From the NCBI RefSeq assembly GCF_024741815.1, contig NZ_CP102951.1, positions 2,551,115 to 2,583,114 of the forward strand: a stretch of DNA of 32,000 nucleotides, in the 5' to 3' direction. The stretch is from Pseudomonas sp. LS1212 (GTDB taxonomy: Bacteria; Pseudomonadota; Gammaproteobacteria; Pseudomonadales; Pseudomonadaceae). This document shows positions 8,525 through 16,763 of the stretch, in pieces. The translations under genes were made by a program, and so were the position numbers. How positions within the stretch are numbered: the first letter of the stretch is position 1; every line of letters begins with the position of its first letter. The notes under the pieces were generated by a model. The model ran no database searches, was not told where the DNA came from, and worked only from the letters and a program-made list of their open reading frames with translations.

Positions 8525-8707
8525 TTATTCCACCGCCTCATCCAGTGTCACATCCATCCATTGCAGCTTGCCGGTGGTGTCGTATTTGAACCCTGCCTTG
8601 CCAGAACTGGGCGGCTGCTCGGGCTGCTCTTTTAGCCATTCAGCGAGCGCCATGACCAGTACGCGGGCTTCGGCTACGGGATCGCCGTCAAAAGTAAGGG
8701 TTGCCAT
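8525..8707 (-). CDS. Hypothetical small protein (60 aa)
   Basis: GGAGA SD 7 nt upstream of the ATG. The stop abuts the next gene's start. No recognisable motif. Confidence 0.6.
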   Translation of the reverse strand: MATLTFDGDPVAEARVLVMALAEWLKEQPEQPPSSGKAGFKYDTTGKLQWMDVTLDEAVE

Positions 8708-8718
8708 TGCTCGATCTC

Positions 8719-9237
8719 CTATTGCGGTATACCCAACTGGTAAGGGTTCGGTCCAGCGTCAGGGGTAGGCGGTGGCACTGTGGGCGGTCTGATTTCCTTC
8801 ATGCCAATGACTTTACCGGCACCGTCGCGGACGGCTTGCAATACCGCACCGTTGTTGTATTTCACCTGAAAAATCTGCCCCGCCGAATCGCGGACGAACT
8901 GCATTTCGGGAACGAGTCTGGGCCCGGCGCCAGCGTTGGCTGGCGTGGGCGGTAGTGGAGCCGGTGCATTGAATTCCCGCATCATCCGTTCCGTATGGGA
9001 CGATTGTTCCCGCTGCCTTTCCAGTTCTTTAGCAATACGCTCCGCCACACTTGCATCGATTAATTGCTGGATAGCCGTACCCAAACCCGAAACGTCCACA
9101 GGATCGGGGGCTTTATCCGGTAGCTCGATGCCGAGTTGCCGCGCCCGGTACAACAGGCGGCCGAGCGCGGGATGCGTACTTGCAGGCGCTGGTTCTTCCT
9201 TTCGCGGGGGCGGGGGCCGATTAAGGATATTGCTCAT
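8719..9237 (-). CDS. Hypothetical protein, Pro-rich termini (172 aa)
   Basis: The start overlaps the upstream stop (ATGA). Pro-rich segments (RPPPPRKEEPAP, PPTVPPPTPDAGPNP) flank a helical middle and a beta-like C-terminal region (QFVRDSAGQIFQVKYNNGAVLQAVRDGAGKVIGMKEI). No family recognised. Confidence 0.7.
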   Translation of the reverse strand: MSNILNRPPPPRKEEPAPASTHPALGRLLYRARQLGIELPDKAPDPVDVSGLGTAIQQLIDASVAERIAKELERQREQSSHTERMMREFNAPAPLPPTPANAGAGPRLVPEMQFVRDSAGQIFQVKYNNGAVLQAVRDGAGKVIGMKEIRPPTVPPPTPDAGPNPYQLGIPQ

Positions 9238-9419
9238 TTCAGTCGCGCCTGTGCAATCAAACCGCGCAGTTTGATTTCCTGCCCGCCGTGCAAAAACGGA
9301 AGGTTTAGCAAATCGTTAAATTTACGGATGAGTGTTTCGTCGCCACCGGCTGCCACCAACTCATCGCGGACTTGGCGACCTTCAAGGCAAAGGGGATGTG
9401 AAGCGGAAATGTTGTCCAT
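9234..9419 (-). CDS. Hypothetical small protein (61 aa)
   Basis: GAGGT SD 8 nt upstream. ATGA overlap with the downstream gene. Confidence 0.6.
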   Translation of the reverse strand: MDNISASHPLCLEGRQVRDELVAAGGDETLIRKFNDLLNLPFLHGGQEIKLRGLIAQARLK

Positions 9420-9430
9420 GATTTTAACCT

Positions 9431-9811
9431 CTATATAAATTCACTTAGCCCAAGTTTTAAAACGCGGTTACTGCTTTGGGCCACAGCCGCGCCCGTCGTC
9501 GTTATACTCGTTAGCTTCAGCAGTTGAAGGCCAGCGAACTGGGCTGGGTCAAAGGCGACGACTCGATTAGCCGCTGCCTGAAAAACCAGAAAATCACCAG
9601 CGCTATTGCGCACCGGGAAAAAGCTGGTACTGCCATCCACATTGGTTTCAAAGCCAATACCAGCCGAGTCCCATGCCGTGGACATTTGAACGCAGCTAAG
9701 GGTCAGCCCGGTAACGTTGACGCTATCACTAACGCCAGATGCGGCTGTGGAAAGCGTCACCGTGGCAAATGTGCGGCTGGATGGTTTGGGGCGGATGGGT
9801 CTGGTTGCCAT
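9431..9811 (-). CDS. Hypothetical beta-rich protein (126 aa), possibly virion-associated
   Basis: Strong GAGGTG SD. The Ser/Thr/Val/Gly-rich composition with alternating pattern (TFATVTLSTAASGVSDSVNVTGLTLSCVQMS..) suggests a beta-sandwich. The function is inferred only from context. Confidence 0.65.
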   Translation of the reverse strand: MATRPIRPKPSSRTFATVTLSTAASGVSDSVNVTGLTLSCVQMSTAWDSAGIGFETNVDGSTSFFPVRNSAGDFLVFQAAANRVVAFDPAQFAGLQLLKLTSITTTGAAVAQSSNRVLKLGLSEFI

Positions 9812-9814
9812 GAT

Positions 9815-10738
9815 TCACCTCTTATCCCGAGCATCAATCAATACGCGATATCTCGCTTGCAGTTGCGGGTCAGCGAGATATTTTTTACGCTCGGTCTTCA
9901 TCACGTTTTCGATTGCAGCGATCTCTTGGGCAATCGCACCGCCTGACGTGGGCAGGGAACCACTACCGATGGCGCTGTTAAACAAATGTTCGAGCACTTC
10001 CACACTGTTCAACATTGACCCTTGATTGCTGATCTGGCTCAAGTGCGCCTGATCCTTGGCCGGGAGATTGTTCAAATATTCCTGCGCCACTTGCAGATTC
10101 GATTCGTAGGAAGTGCCCCAACGCTTGCGCAAGGTGATTTCTGTATTCAGCTTGAGGCGTTCGTTACGCCGGTCGAGTTCGCGCCATTCGCCATCGGTCA
10201 ACTGATCCTCATAAGAAGGGGGTGCGCTTCCTTGCGCCGGAGCACTGCCTCCAACTTGTTGCGCATTAATCCGTCGCGTCGCCTCCGACACCCACCAGCA
10301 GCAGTCCTGAACCATCTTCGCGCTAAAGTTGTGGTCGTGGGCGAAATCGGCGAAGGCTTGGAAAATCGGGTCGGACTTATGCTCGAAAAGGTTATAGCGG
10401 TGGCGTTGCCGTTGTGGCCGTGGCGGATTAGCGAGTGCATCCTGATACCATTGAATGGCTTGCTGGATATGCCGCGCATTGTGCTGAAGCTGGGAAAAAT
10501 CCGAGAGAAAAACAGCACTCAGCTGTCCGATTGCGGCCTGCACTTGTTGGGCAGTTACACCGGGGGGGGCTGCTTGCCCAAAGATCGTTTGGCCGCCTTG
10601 AAAGTCGGCAACCTCCCTTGGTGACAACAGGTCAACGTCGGTTGTTCCCCACGAATCAGGTTGTATGGGCGCCAGCGGGGACGGTGCGACAGGCGCTAGC
10701 TCGCCGCCGCTATCATAAAGCTCAATGTCAGTGCTCAT
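9815..10738 (-). CDS. Hypothetical protein (307 aa), Gln-rich and helical; scaffold-like by composition only
   Basis: ATGA overlap with the upstream gene. It has a long predicted helical region and a basic C-terminal helix (..IAAIENVMKTERKKYLADPQLQARYRVLIDARDKR). No family recognised. Confidence 0.7.
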   Translation of the reverse strand: MSTDIELYDSGGELAPVAPSPLAPIQPDSWGTTDVDLLSPREVADFQGGQTIFGQAAPPGVTAQQVQAAIGQLSAVFLSDFSQLQHNARHIQQAIQWYQDALANPPRPQRQRHRYNLFEHKSDPIFQAFADFAHDHNFSAKMVQDCCWWVSEATRRINAQQVGGSAPAQGSAPPSYEDQLTDGEWRELDRRNERLKLNTEITLRKRWGTSYESNLQVAQEYLNNLPAKDQAHLSQISNQGSMLNSVEVLEHLFNSAIGSGSLPTSGGAIAQEIAAIENVMKTERKKYLADPQLQARYRVLIDARDKR

Positions 10739-11166
10739 AGTAATTCAGCCTTCAGTTTCTGTAGCTTGACTAGCCGCAATTCCTCACGCAAAAGCCTTAG
10801 CGGCTTCCGGCAAAGCGAGTGGACGTTTTGCCCTTCGACCCACTCGCCGTTGTCGTCAAGCTCAGGCACCAGATCAAGCTCGACCTCTTCGTACAAGTTG
10901 CAGAACTGGCAGGTGTGCGCCCCCCAGACATAGCGGGGGAGTTTTTTCACGGTTAAATCGACGACGCGGATGTAGGGGTCGAAGTGAGAGTAAAACAGGG
11001 CAATGCCCATACCAAGGAGCACATAGCGGAAATGCGTGCTTTGAATCGTCACCAGCGCGTCCTTGGCTTTGACGGCGCGCAGGAATTGTTTTGGCGAGTA
11101 CATTCCGGTCTTGCCTTTGAAGCGGGCGACGATTATGTGTAAGAGTTCGGTTTCTGCTGCGGTCAT
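10735..11166 (-). CDS. Hypothetical protein with C-terminal CxxC-x26-HxxC motif (paralog of the upstream gene)
   Basis: 143 aa. Motif: ..HTCQFCNLYEEVELDLVPELDDNGEWVEGQNVHSLCRKP... ATGA overlaps at both ends. Confidence 0.7.
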   Translation of the reverse strand: MTAAETELLHIIVARFKGKTGMYSPKQFLRAVKAKDALVTIQSTHFRYVLLGMGIALFYSHFDPYIRVVDLTVKKLPRYVWGAHTCQFCNLYEEVELDLVPELDDNGEWVEGQNVHSLCRKPLRLLREELRLVKLQKLKAELL

Positions 11167-11636
11167 GACTTAGCCCTCGCCACAAGGTCGCGCATCAAGC
11201 CCCAAGGTCTGGAGCATTGCCGGTGGAGCATGACACCGGGGATCGGGTTATTATAAATGTCCAGTTCTGGTTTTAATGCCTCCATGACTCCACGTTCATC
11301 TTGAAGGCAATAAGCACAGCAGTCAGGGCTGGGTGGCCGTTTAGCCAATAAGCGTTTGGCTACTTCAGGATCAGCAGTAACTGCCAAGCAGATCAAACGC
11401 CATGATTGAGTTCTATCTGCTGATCGCCACAGTGCAGTTTCGTAAGTCACTTCTAATGTCCGTTGGGTTTCTTCCTTGCGTATAAATACGCTGATCTGGT
11501 CGGCATCTGGCGCAGCCTCACCAATAGAGTAAGCTATTAATTCTATTAGCTTTTCCAGACTGCCACGGAAGGCAATGTAAAACTTTGCGCAATAGGCGGT
11601 ATGGGCGAGCACTATCAGTTGATCTTCAAGTTTCAT
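11163..11636 (-). CDS. Hypothetical protein with C-terminal CxxC-x27-HxxC motif
   Basis: 157 aa. Motif: ..DCCAYCLQDERGVMEALKPELDIYNNPIPGVMLHRQCSRP... The start lies 6 nt after the upstream stop. Confidence 0.7.
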   Translation of the reverse strand: MKLEDQLIVLAHTAYCAKFYIAFRGSLEKLIELIAYSIGEAAPDADQISVFIRKEETQRTLEVTYETALWRSADRTQSWRLICLAVTADPEVAKRLLAKRPPSPDCCAYCLQDERGVMEALKPELDIYNNPIPGVMLHRQCSRPWGLMRDLVARAKS

Positions 11637-11642
11637 GGTCGA

Positions 11643-12122
11643 TCACCGCAGCGTTGCTGAATCTAACAGTTCGGCTAATGCAGCATCGCGGGAAGGTTTA
11701 CCGCGTACCATCATTACATTGTCAGCCAGTCGCGTTACACACCACTGGCACTCCTGATCTGGCCCTCGGTAGTCAATTGAAAAGCCGGGTGGAAGGCCTT
11801 CAGTGCTGGTGAGAAGTGCTGGTAATGGATAGAAGTGCAGTAACTGCATAGTGCAAAACCCGCGTCCGGCATCGACCACTAACAGTTCGGCATAGCCGCT
11901 GCGATCTTCATAAATCACGTTGACTCTATCGAAGGGTCTGAATTGATCGGATACCACACTCCAAAGCCCTGATTGCAGCAGCCTTTCCTTTGAAGTGTTG
12001 CGCGGCACCACTGCGGACCAAACGTTGTTCCGGCTCTCGTTGAACGTAATAGCGCTGCGGTACAACGGGATGATCTTTTCCGCTGGGGCTTCTGCGGTTT
12101 CAGTGCTGGGGCTGTTGGCCAT
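11643..12122 (-). CDS. Hypothetical protein (159 aa)
   Basis: Start chosen at MANSPSTE (ATG 12122, GGAGA SD 8 nt upstream) rather than the ORF-track start at 12170. No recognisable motif. Confidence 0.7.
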   Translation of the reverse strand: MANSPSTETAEAPAEKIIPLYRSAITFNESRNNVWSAVVPRNTSKERLLQSGLWSVVSDQFRPFDRVNVIYEDRSGYAELLVVDAGRGFCTMQLLHFYPLPALLTSTEGLPPGFSIDYRGPDQECQWCVTRLADNVMMVRGKPSRDAALAELLDSATLR

Positions 12123-12204
12123 GTTGGGTATCTCCAAAGTCAGGTGTATTTGGTATTTTGACTTCAGCATGAACCGGCATGGCAGCAGATGTGCGGCTTG
12201 TTAG

Positions 12205-12603
12205 TTAGAACCCTTTAAACTCATAGGCAACTCGACGAACGGTTTGGATATCCGGTGCGTCAAGCCCATTCAGTTCATAAAACTTCATCAGGATACTGGT
12301 CCAGCCACAGCGGTTTTTGTCTACAAGTGCAGCCCGCTTTCTGCGAATCACGTCTTCGATGTGCGCCTCGATCAAGGCAGTGCGGAAGTCACGGGCAAGC
12401 CGGGCCTTCCTGTTGCCAATGGCCTGGAGTCGCTGGAGTTCCACCTGCGCCCGCTGCCAAGCCAATAGAGGCGCACGGGCCTCGTCGGAGCAGAGTTCCA
12501 TCTGCCTGTCCAAACCCCACTCAACCAGTAAAGACAGGGCTTTCTGGTCGCCCTTCTGCGCCTTGTCGATCAGGCGACGAATTTCAGTGTGTGTCAGTTT
12601 CAC
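12205..12603 (-). CDS. Hypothetical protein (132 aa), possible regulator
   Basis: Start chosen at GTG 12603, preceded by GAGGAGG 5 nt upstream. The N-terminus THTEIRRLIDKAQKGDQKALSLLVEW resembles the opening helix of sigma-70 region 2 / ECF sigma factors, but the protein is too short to be a full sigma factor. Confidence 0.65.
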   Translation of the reverse strand: MKLTHTEIRRLIDKAQKGDQKALSLLVEWGLDRQMELCSDEARAPLLAWQRAQVELQRLQAIGNRKARLARDFRTALIEAHIEDVIRRKRAALVDKNRCGWTSILMKFYELNGLDAPDIQTVRRVAYEFKGF

Positions 12604-13074
12604 ATCTACCTCCTCAAGCCCCAAGCGGGCAGCAGGATCATTTCTGGGCGCCTTTCTCTATCTAGGAGCTAGGGGTAGTAGCGCTCACCATGTTGTTGCG
12701 TCTCTTAGCGCATCCTGCGAGGTCGGCCACCTAAACCCTTACGTCTTTCCGATATAAAAAAACAGCTTTCACATAACCGTCTATGGGGGTTTTCAGGCCT
12801 CCATGTAGCCCGGTTGTAACCCCATCGGCACCGAACCGCTCTACCACAGGGTTTTTATGGCCGGAATCAGCGGATCAAAGATCCGTTTAGGGGTTCTTTC
12901 AGGTCATGGTGGACCTGTTTCGAGTGCCCGCGTTCCGCTGTATATCCATCCATCATTTACCCTCTCTTCGTGGTAGGAATCAGCCCTGTTACCACAACCA
13001 TCATTCACCGCGTCCAGTGTTTATAGGCTTGTCTGCCTTCAGATGCGCTGCTTGGAGAGCAGGCATATGTGTTT

Positions 13075-13449
13075 TTAGAGCCCGCAATGACGCCGCATGA
13101 ACTCCAAGGCGTCGTCCACCTGCTCGATGGTCACTTCACACAACAGGTTGACGTGCCTATGCAGAAAAAACGCTCGCTGCGAGTGAGGCATCCGCCGCAA
13201 CTGCGGCGCAAGCGCGACAGCCGTACGGGTTATGACGGCAAGGTTGGGGAACTCGGGACGCGGGTTGAACAAATGGTTTTCTTCGCACCGGGCACGCACA
13301 AAAGCTTGATGCATATCGTCGGGGGCGTCATTTCTCAAGTAAGTCACCCCATCCATAAAGTCTCCGCCCGGTTTGTCCGTTAAAGCTTTAAGTGCTTCGT
13401 ATAATTTTCCGCTCATAAAGCTGCCTACCTTGGGCGTTCGGCCCGTCAT
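13075..13449 (-). CDS. Hypothetical protein (124 aa; alternative start at 13416)
   Basis: Open frame with coding-like composition. The internal ATG at 13416 has a better SD (AAGGTAGG). No motif recognised. Confidence 0.6.
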   Translation of the reverse strand: MTGRTPKVGSFMSGKLYEALKALTDKPGGDFMDGVTYLRNDAPDDMHQAFVRARCEENHLFNPRPEFPNLAVITRTAVALAPQLRRMPHSQRAFFLHRHVNLLCEVTIEQVDDALEFMRRHCGL

Positions 13450-13469
13450 AACGGTAATCTGCTAATTTT

Positions 13470-13775
13470 CTATTTCTCTATGTCCGCCTTACTGTTTTCA
13501 CTACTAGCGCGCAATAACCGCATTAGCAATTGCGCAACAGTTTCACCCGGCAGGCGTGCAGCTAATAAAGCCTCTGCATCTGCCATATCCAGATATGCGG
13601 CAATGCGTTTTTGTCCTAGTGCTTTACGGCGCAGGCGGAATACACGCTGCTTGCGGGCGTTCCGGTTCACCGTCCCCTTCAACTCGACCCATCCCTGTTG
13701 CAACAAACGGTCAAGGTCGCCGGGGCCGACTTCTCGGCATTGGCTCGGGTGCGCCAGCTTTGTTCCTGTTTTCAT
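13470..13775 (-). CDS. Hypothetical basic protein (101 aa) adjacent to the iteron block
   Basis: Start at ATG 13775 with GGAGGT 5 nt upstream; the ORF-track start at 13871 would read through the iterons. It has an Arg/Lys-rich centre (NRNARKQRVFRLRRKALGQKR), which suggests possible DNA binding. Confidence 0.65.
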   Translation of the reverse strand: MKTGTKLAHPSQCREVGPGDLDRLLQQGWVELKGTVNRNARKQRVFRLRRKALGQKRIAAYLDMADAEALLAARLPGETVAQLLMRLLRASSENSKADIEK

Positions 13776-13786
13776 CACTACCTCCA

Positions 13787-14102
13787 GCGTTCCCGCGTTC
13801 CCGTGCGTTCCCGCCTGTTCCGGGAACGCGCAAACCCTTGTGCAGCAAGGCCCCGTGGCACATTTTTTCACGCGTTCCGGGGGGGTATCGCGTGCACATC
13901 CAAAAAAAACCTTTTTTAAAAATTGTCACCTTTGAAAAAATCCTCCACGCGTGGATGTACGGGAACATATATTTTTTTTACCATTCCAAGGCTCTAGCCT
14001 GTGGCTTTGCGCGTTCCGGGAACGCGCCGGAACAGCCTTGGCGAAAAAGCCCACCAGCCGCTCTAGCCCGTGGCTTCCAGCGTTCCCGACCGTTCCGGAA
14101 CG
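13787..14102. repeat. Iteron array flanking an AT-rich tract: candidate replication origin of the island
   Basis: GCGTTCCC occurs at 13787, 13795, 13805 and 14080. GCGTTCCG occurs at 13872. An inverted GGGAACGC is at 13822. The palindrome GCGCGTTCC-G-GGAACGCGC spans 14009-14027, and the palindrome CGTTCCGGAACG spans 14091-14102. An 18-nt repeat GCTCTAGCC(T/C)GTGGCTT(T/C) occurs at 13991 and 14060. A/T tracts lie at 13902-13940 and 13966-13981. The block sits immediately 3' of the replicase gene. Confidence 0.6.
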
Positions 14103-14112
14103 CCCTATCGCC

Positions 14113-16761
14113 CTATTCAGACAGCCGCACCGCTGGAATGCCCTGATCTGCGGCCCTGTGTTCGATGGCCGTGGTGTCCGTGAGGTAGATCAAGGCTTCG
14201 ACAAAGGTCTTGCTGTTCAACATCTTGGCGCGCCTTAGAAGCACCGAACGCGGCACCCAACCGGCCTTGAGGGCGTCATCTTCCGCAGTCCGCAGGGGCG
14301 TGAACTGGCCTTCCTTGAGAAAGCCCACCAGCATGGCGGCGTTGGCCTGTGTCTCACCGCAGTGCATGTAGTCCCCGACGAAGGCCAGAATCGTCGCATC
14401 GGAGGCCCGCACGAAGGCAGCCGCCCATGCCACGTGTTCCATCGTGATGACGGGGTAAACGTGGTTGTCGTAAACCGCCAACACTCCCGCGATCCGTTCA
14501 GCCTTCTCGTAGCTGCGCACATGCAGGGCCTTGGCGAAAGGCGAGCAGGTGGACAGGCCACGTTGATGGAACTCTTCCAGCAGGGCATCGAGGGCCTGAT
14601 CGGCCTCGTCGCTGATCGTGATCAAGGTTTCTTTTTTATCGGCGGCAAAGTCCCCCGCCACCGTCTCCATCCTGAGCATGGCGGTCTTGGCCACGTCGGG
14701 CATGTGGATCGGCTTCAGCGAGCGCCGGGGTTTAGGGTCGCTCCTGCTTTGCACGAACAAGTCCCGACCCAGCAGTCCATCCGCGATGTTATCCAGTTTG
14801 AGGGCTTCCCCCAGCTTTTCCGGGGTGGCGAAGCCAAGCAAGGACACCGCTGGATGCTGGATGAGGCGCCCCTTCGCCCCGACTTTGGTGCGGGTCGGGT
14901 AGCTGCCGCTGGATGCCGAGAACAGCGACAGCAGGATCCCGGCCAGTTCAACCATCCACGGCTGTGCCCCTTTCCCGGTCATGTTGCAGAAGAAATGCGC
15001 GACCTCATCGATTGCAATCAGCAGACCCCGGTAGTCTTCGAGGAGTTCTTCCAGTCCCTGCCCTGACGCCATTCGCCCTTTGACTTCCGCACCGGCCTGC
15101 CCAGCCAGTGCCATGGCGGCCCTGAGTGGAATGTCCTTGCCCGCGCCGGTCACGGCAATGCCACAACCATAAAGGTTACAGCGCGCACCGTTGGGCAGGG
15201 CGAAGTAGCCCCCACAGCCAGAGGCCATGGCAATGAGGGTCGCCAGTGTAGTCAGTTCGACCTGTGGCTTGTGGGCGCCCTCTAGCACCGCATTGACGGC
15301 ACCTTCCATCACACCCCGGAAGGGCATCGGGAATCGGATAGCGGGTGCTGGCTTCTTGCTGGATTTCACCGGGGTGTCGAAGCAGCCCTGATCATCGCGC
15401 GGGCCAGTCCAACTCTCGGCGTAGGCTTTCTTGACTTCCCGTTCTGCGAATTTCATCGCCTCTTCTTCGTTACGCCTTTTGCTGGTGCAGTAAGCCCATA
15501 AGCCCGGCGTATGCAGGACCGTGGTCAACACATCGGCCAATGCTGCCCCACCGTCAATCAACTTATTCAGCAGACCGTACATGACCTCGGAACGCTGGCC
15601 TTCCGGCAAGGTGCCCTCGACCAAAGCCTGCTGATCGGTTGACAGGCCGATCAGGGGGAGTGGACTGCCATTGGTGGCTATGGGGGTCGGCATGATCGTC
15701 TTGGCCGTGGCCTTGACCTTGGCCGTAGGCTTTGCCGTATCGACTTGTGACAGGAAGGCGAAGGCGTCCGGGCCGTAGGTCTTGTCGTTCTGTTCCAACA
15801 GGGCCGCAGGCACAACTACGCGGCCTTTCTTCAGTTTGCTTGCAGTAGGCAGGTTGAGGGTGCCGGGTAGCCGCATGATGCGGCAGATGTCGTGGCAGTG
15901 GTCGCTGCCCAAGGCCAGCTCCAGCCGCTTGTTGATCGACTCCAGCTCGTCGGTGTTGCTGCCATCGTGTAGGATCGGCTCCTTCAGCCGGTAGAAGATC
16001 CCCAGACCATTGCCACTATCGACCACTTCGCTGGGCACGGGCAGACCCCCGTCTGCGATCAACTGCCGCGCCGTCAGCTTCCATGCCGCGTGTGCCTCTG
16101 GCGTCAACGCCTCCTTCGGCGGATCGTGATCGATGTGGTGATAACACAACGCGGCAATGTCGGCCTTACTAGCCTTCTTGCCAGGATCACGGATCAACGG
16201 GTTCACGGCAAAATACAGGTTCGCCTTGCCGTTGTGCTGCTTGATGAATGGAAGCAGTTCGTCGATCTGGTCGGGATGCACAGCCTTCGCCGTGATGGGC
16301 CCGTCCGGCACGATGGCGACCAGTTGCACGTACCAGTCAGGTAGCCAGCCTTGGCGGTGCCCCTTCAGAAAGCCAAGCGGTTGCTCGGCAGGGCCGCCCG
16401 TACCTTCCAACTGCGGTTGATCTTGGGTCAGGCAACCCGGCGTACTAGTGGGCTCCCTCTCGGGGATCAGGGCCCGCACTTCACCCAGCCGCCGGTTAAA
16501 CCCGGCATCGTCCTTGCCCTCAAGGTCGCACAGCTGCTTAAGCCCGAATTCCGTCAAGAGTGCTCGTGCTACGTCTCTGTCCGCGCGGATCAGTCTCTCA
16601 AAGCGCCAAACGGTGCGCAGCGAAATCTTCCTCGCACTCGCGGGGGTGCACTCGACCGGCGCTTGCCCGGTGTCGAGTTCGGTACTACGATCAGGTTGTG
16701 CGTTTCCCTTGGCCCCCTGCGCCGGTTCATCCCCGGCCTCGGGGTTTTCTTTTGCGTCCAT
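14113..16761 (-). CDS. Replicase: AEP-type primase-polymerase domain fused to a DUF3987-like P-loop ATPase (helicase-like)
   Basis: 882 aa. AEP-like motifs: LYFAVNP, HHIDHD (DxD), SGNGLGIFY and RLPGTLN. In the C-terminal half, AVTGAGKD is Walker-A-like and LLIAIDEV is Walker-B-like, as in YfjI/DUF3987 proteins of CP4-57-type elements. The start is 2 nt after the alpA stop. Confidence 0.85.
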   Translation of the reverse strand: MDAKENPEAGDEPAQGAKGNAQPDRSTELDTGQAPVECTPASARKISLRTVWRFERLIRADRDVARALLTEFGLKQLCDLEGKDDAGFNRRLGEVRALIPEREPTSTPGCLTQDQPQLEGTGGPAEQPLGFLKGHRQGWLPDWYVQLVAIVPDGPITAKAVHPDQIDELLPFIKQHNGKANLYFAVNPLIRDPGKKASKADIAALCYHHIDHDPPKEALTPEAHAAWKLTARQLIADGGLPVPSEVVDSGNGLGIFYRLKEPILHDGSNTDELESINKRLELALGSDHCHDICRIMRLPGTLNLPTASKLKKGRVVVPAALLEQNDKTYGPDAFAFLSQVDTAKPTAKVKATAKTIMPTPIATNGSPLPLIGLSTDQQALVEGTLPEGQRSEVMYGLLNKLIDGGAALADVLTTVLHTPGLWAYCTSKRRNEEEAMKFAEREVKKAYAESWTGPRDDQGCFDTPVKSSKKPAPAIRFPMPFRGVMEGAVNAVLEGAHKPQVELTTLATLIAMASGCGGYFALPNGARCNLYGCGIAVTGAGKDIPLRAAMALAGQAGAEVKGRMASGQGLEELLEDYRGLLIAIDEVAHFFCNMTGKGAQPWMVELAGILLSLFSASSGSYPTRTKVGAKGRLIQHPAVSLLGFATPEKLGEALKLDNIADGLLGRDLFVQSRSDPKPRRSLKPIHMPDVAKTAMLRMETVAGDFAADKKETLITISDEADQALDALLEEFHQRGLSTCSPFAKALHVRSYEKAERIAGVLAVYDNHVYPVITMEHVAWAAAFVRASDATILAFVGDYMHCGETQANAAMLVGFLKEGQFTPLRTAEDDALKAGWVPRSVLLRRAKMLNSKTFVEALIYLTDTTAIEHRAADQGIPAVRLSE

Positions 16762-16763
16762 GG

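Noticed and set aside
12825-12850. tRNA-like stretch (minus strand GGTAGAGCGGTTCGG)
   Set aside because: It resembles a D-arm, but no acceptor stem, anticodon stem or T-loop (GGTTCGAATCC-like) can be folded around it. It is not a tRNA gene.
13776-13871. Longer version of the 13470-13871 ORF (133 aa)
   Set aside because: The N-terminal extension (MKKCATGPCCTRVCAFPEQAGTHGNAGTLEVV) is a translation of the iteron repeats. The internal ATG at 13775 has a strong GGAGGT SD.
13787-14102. Possible CRISPR array
   Set aside because: The repeats are 8-19 nt, partly contiguous or palindromic, and lack regularly sized unique spacers. No cas genes are present. The block is better explained as iterons or operator sites.
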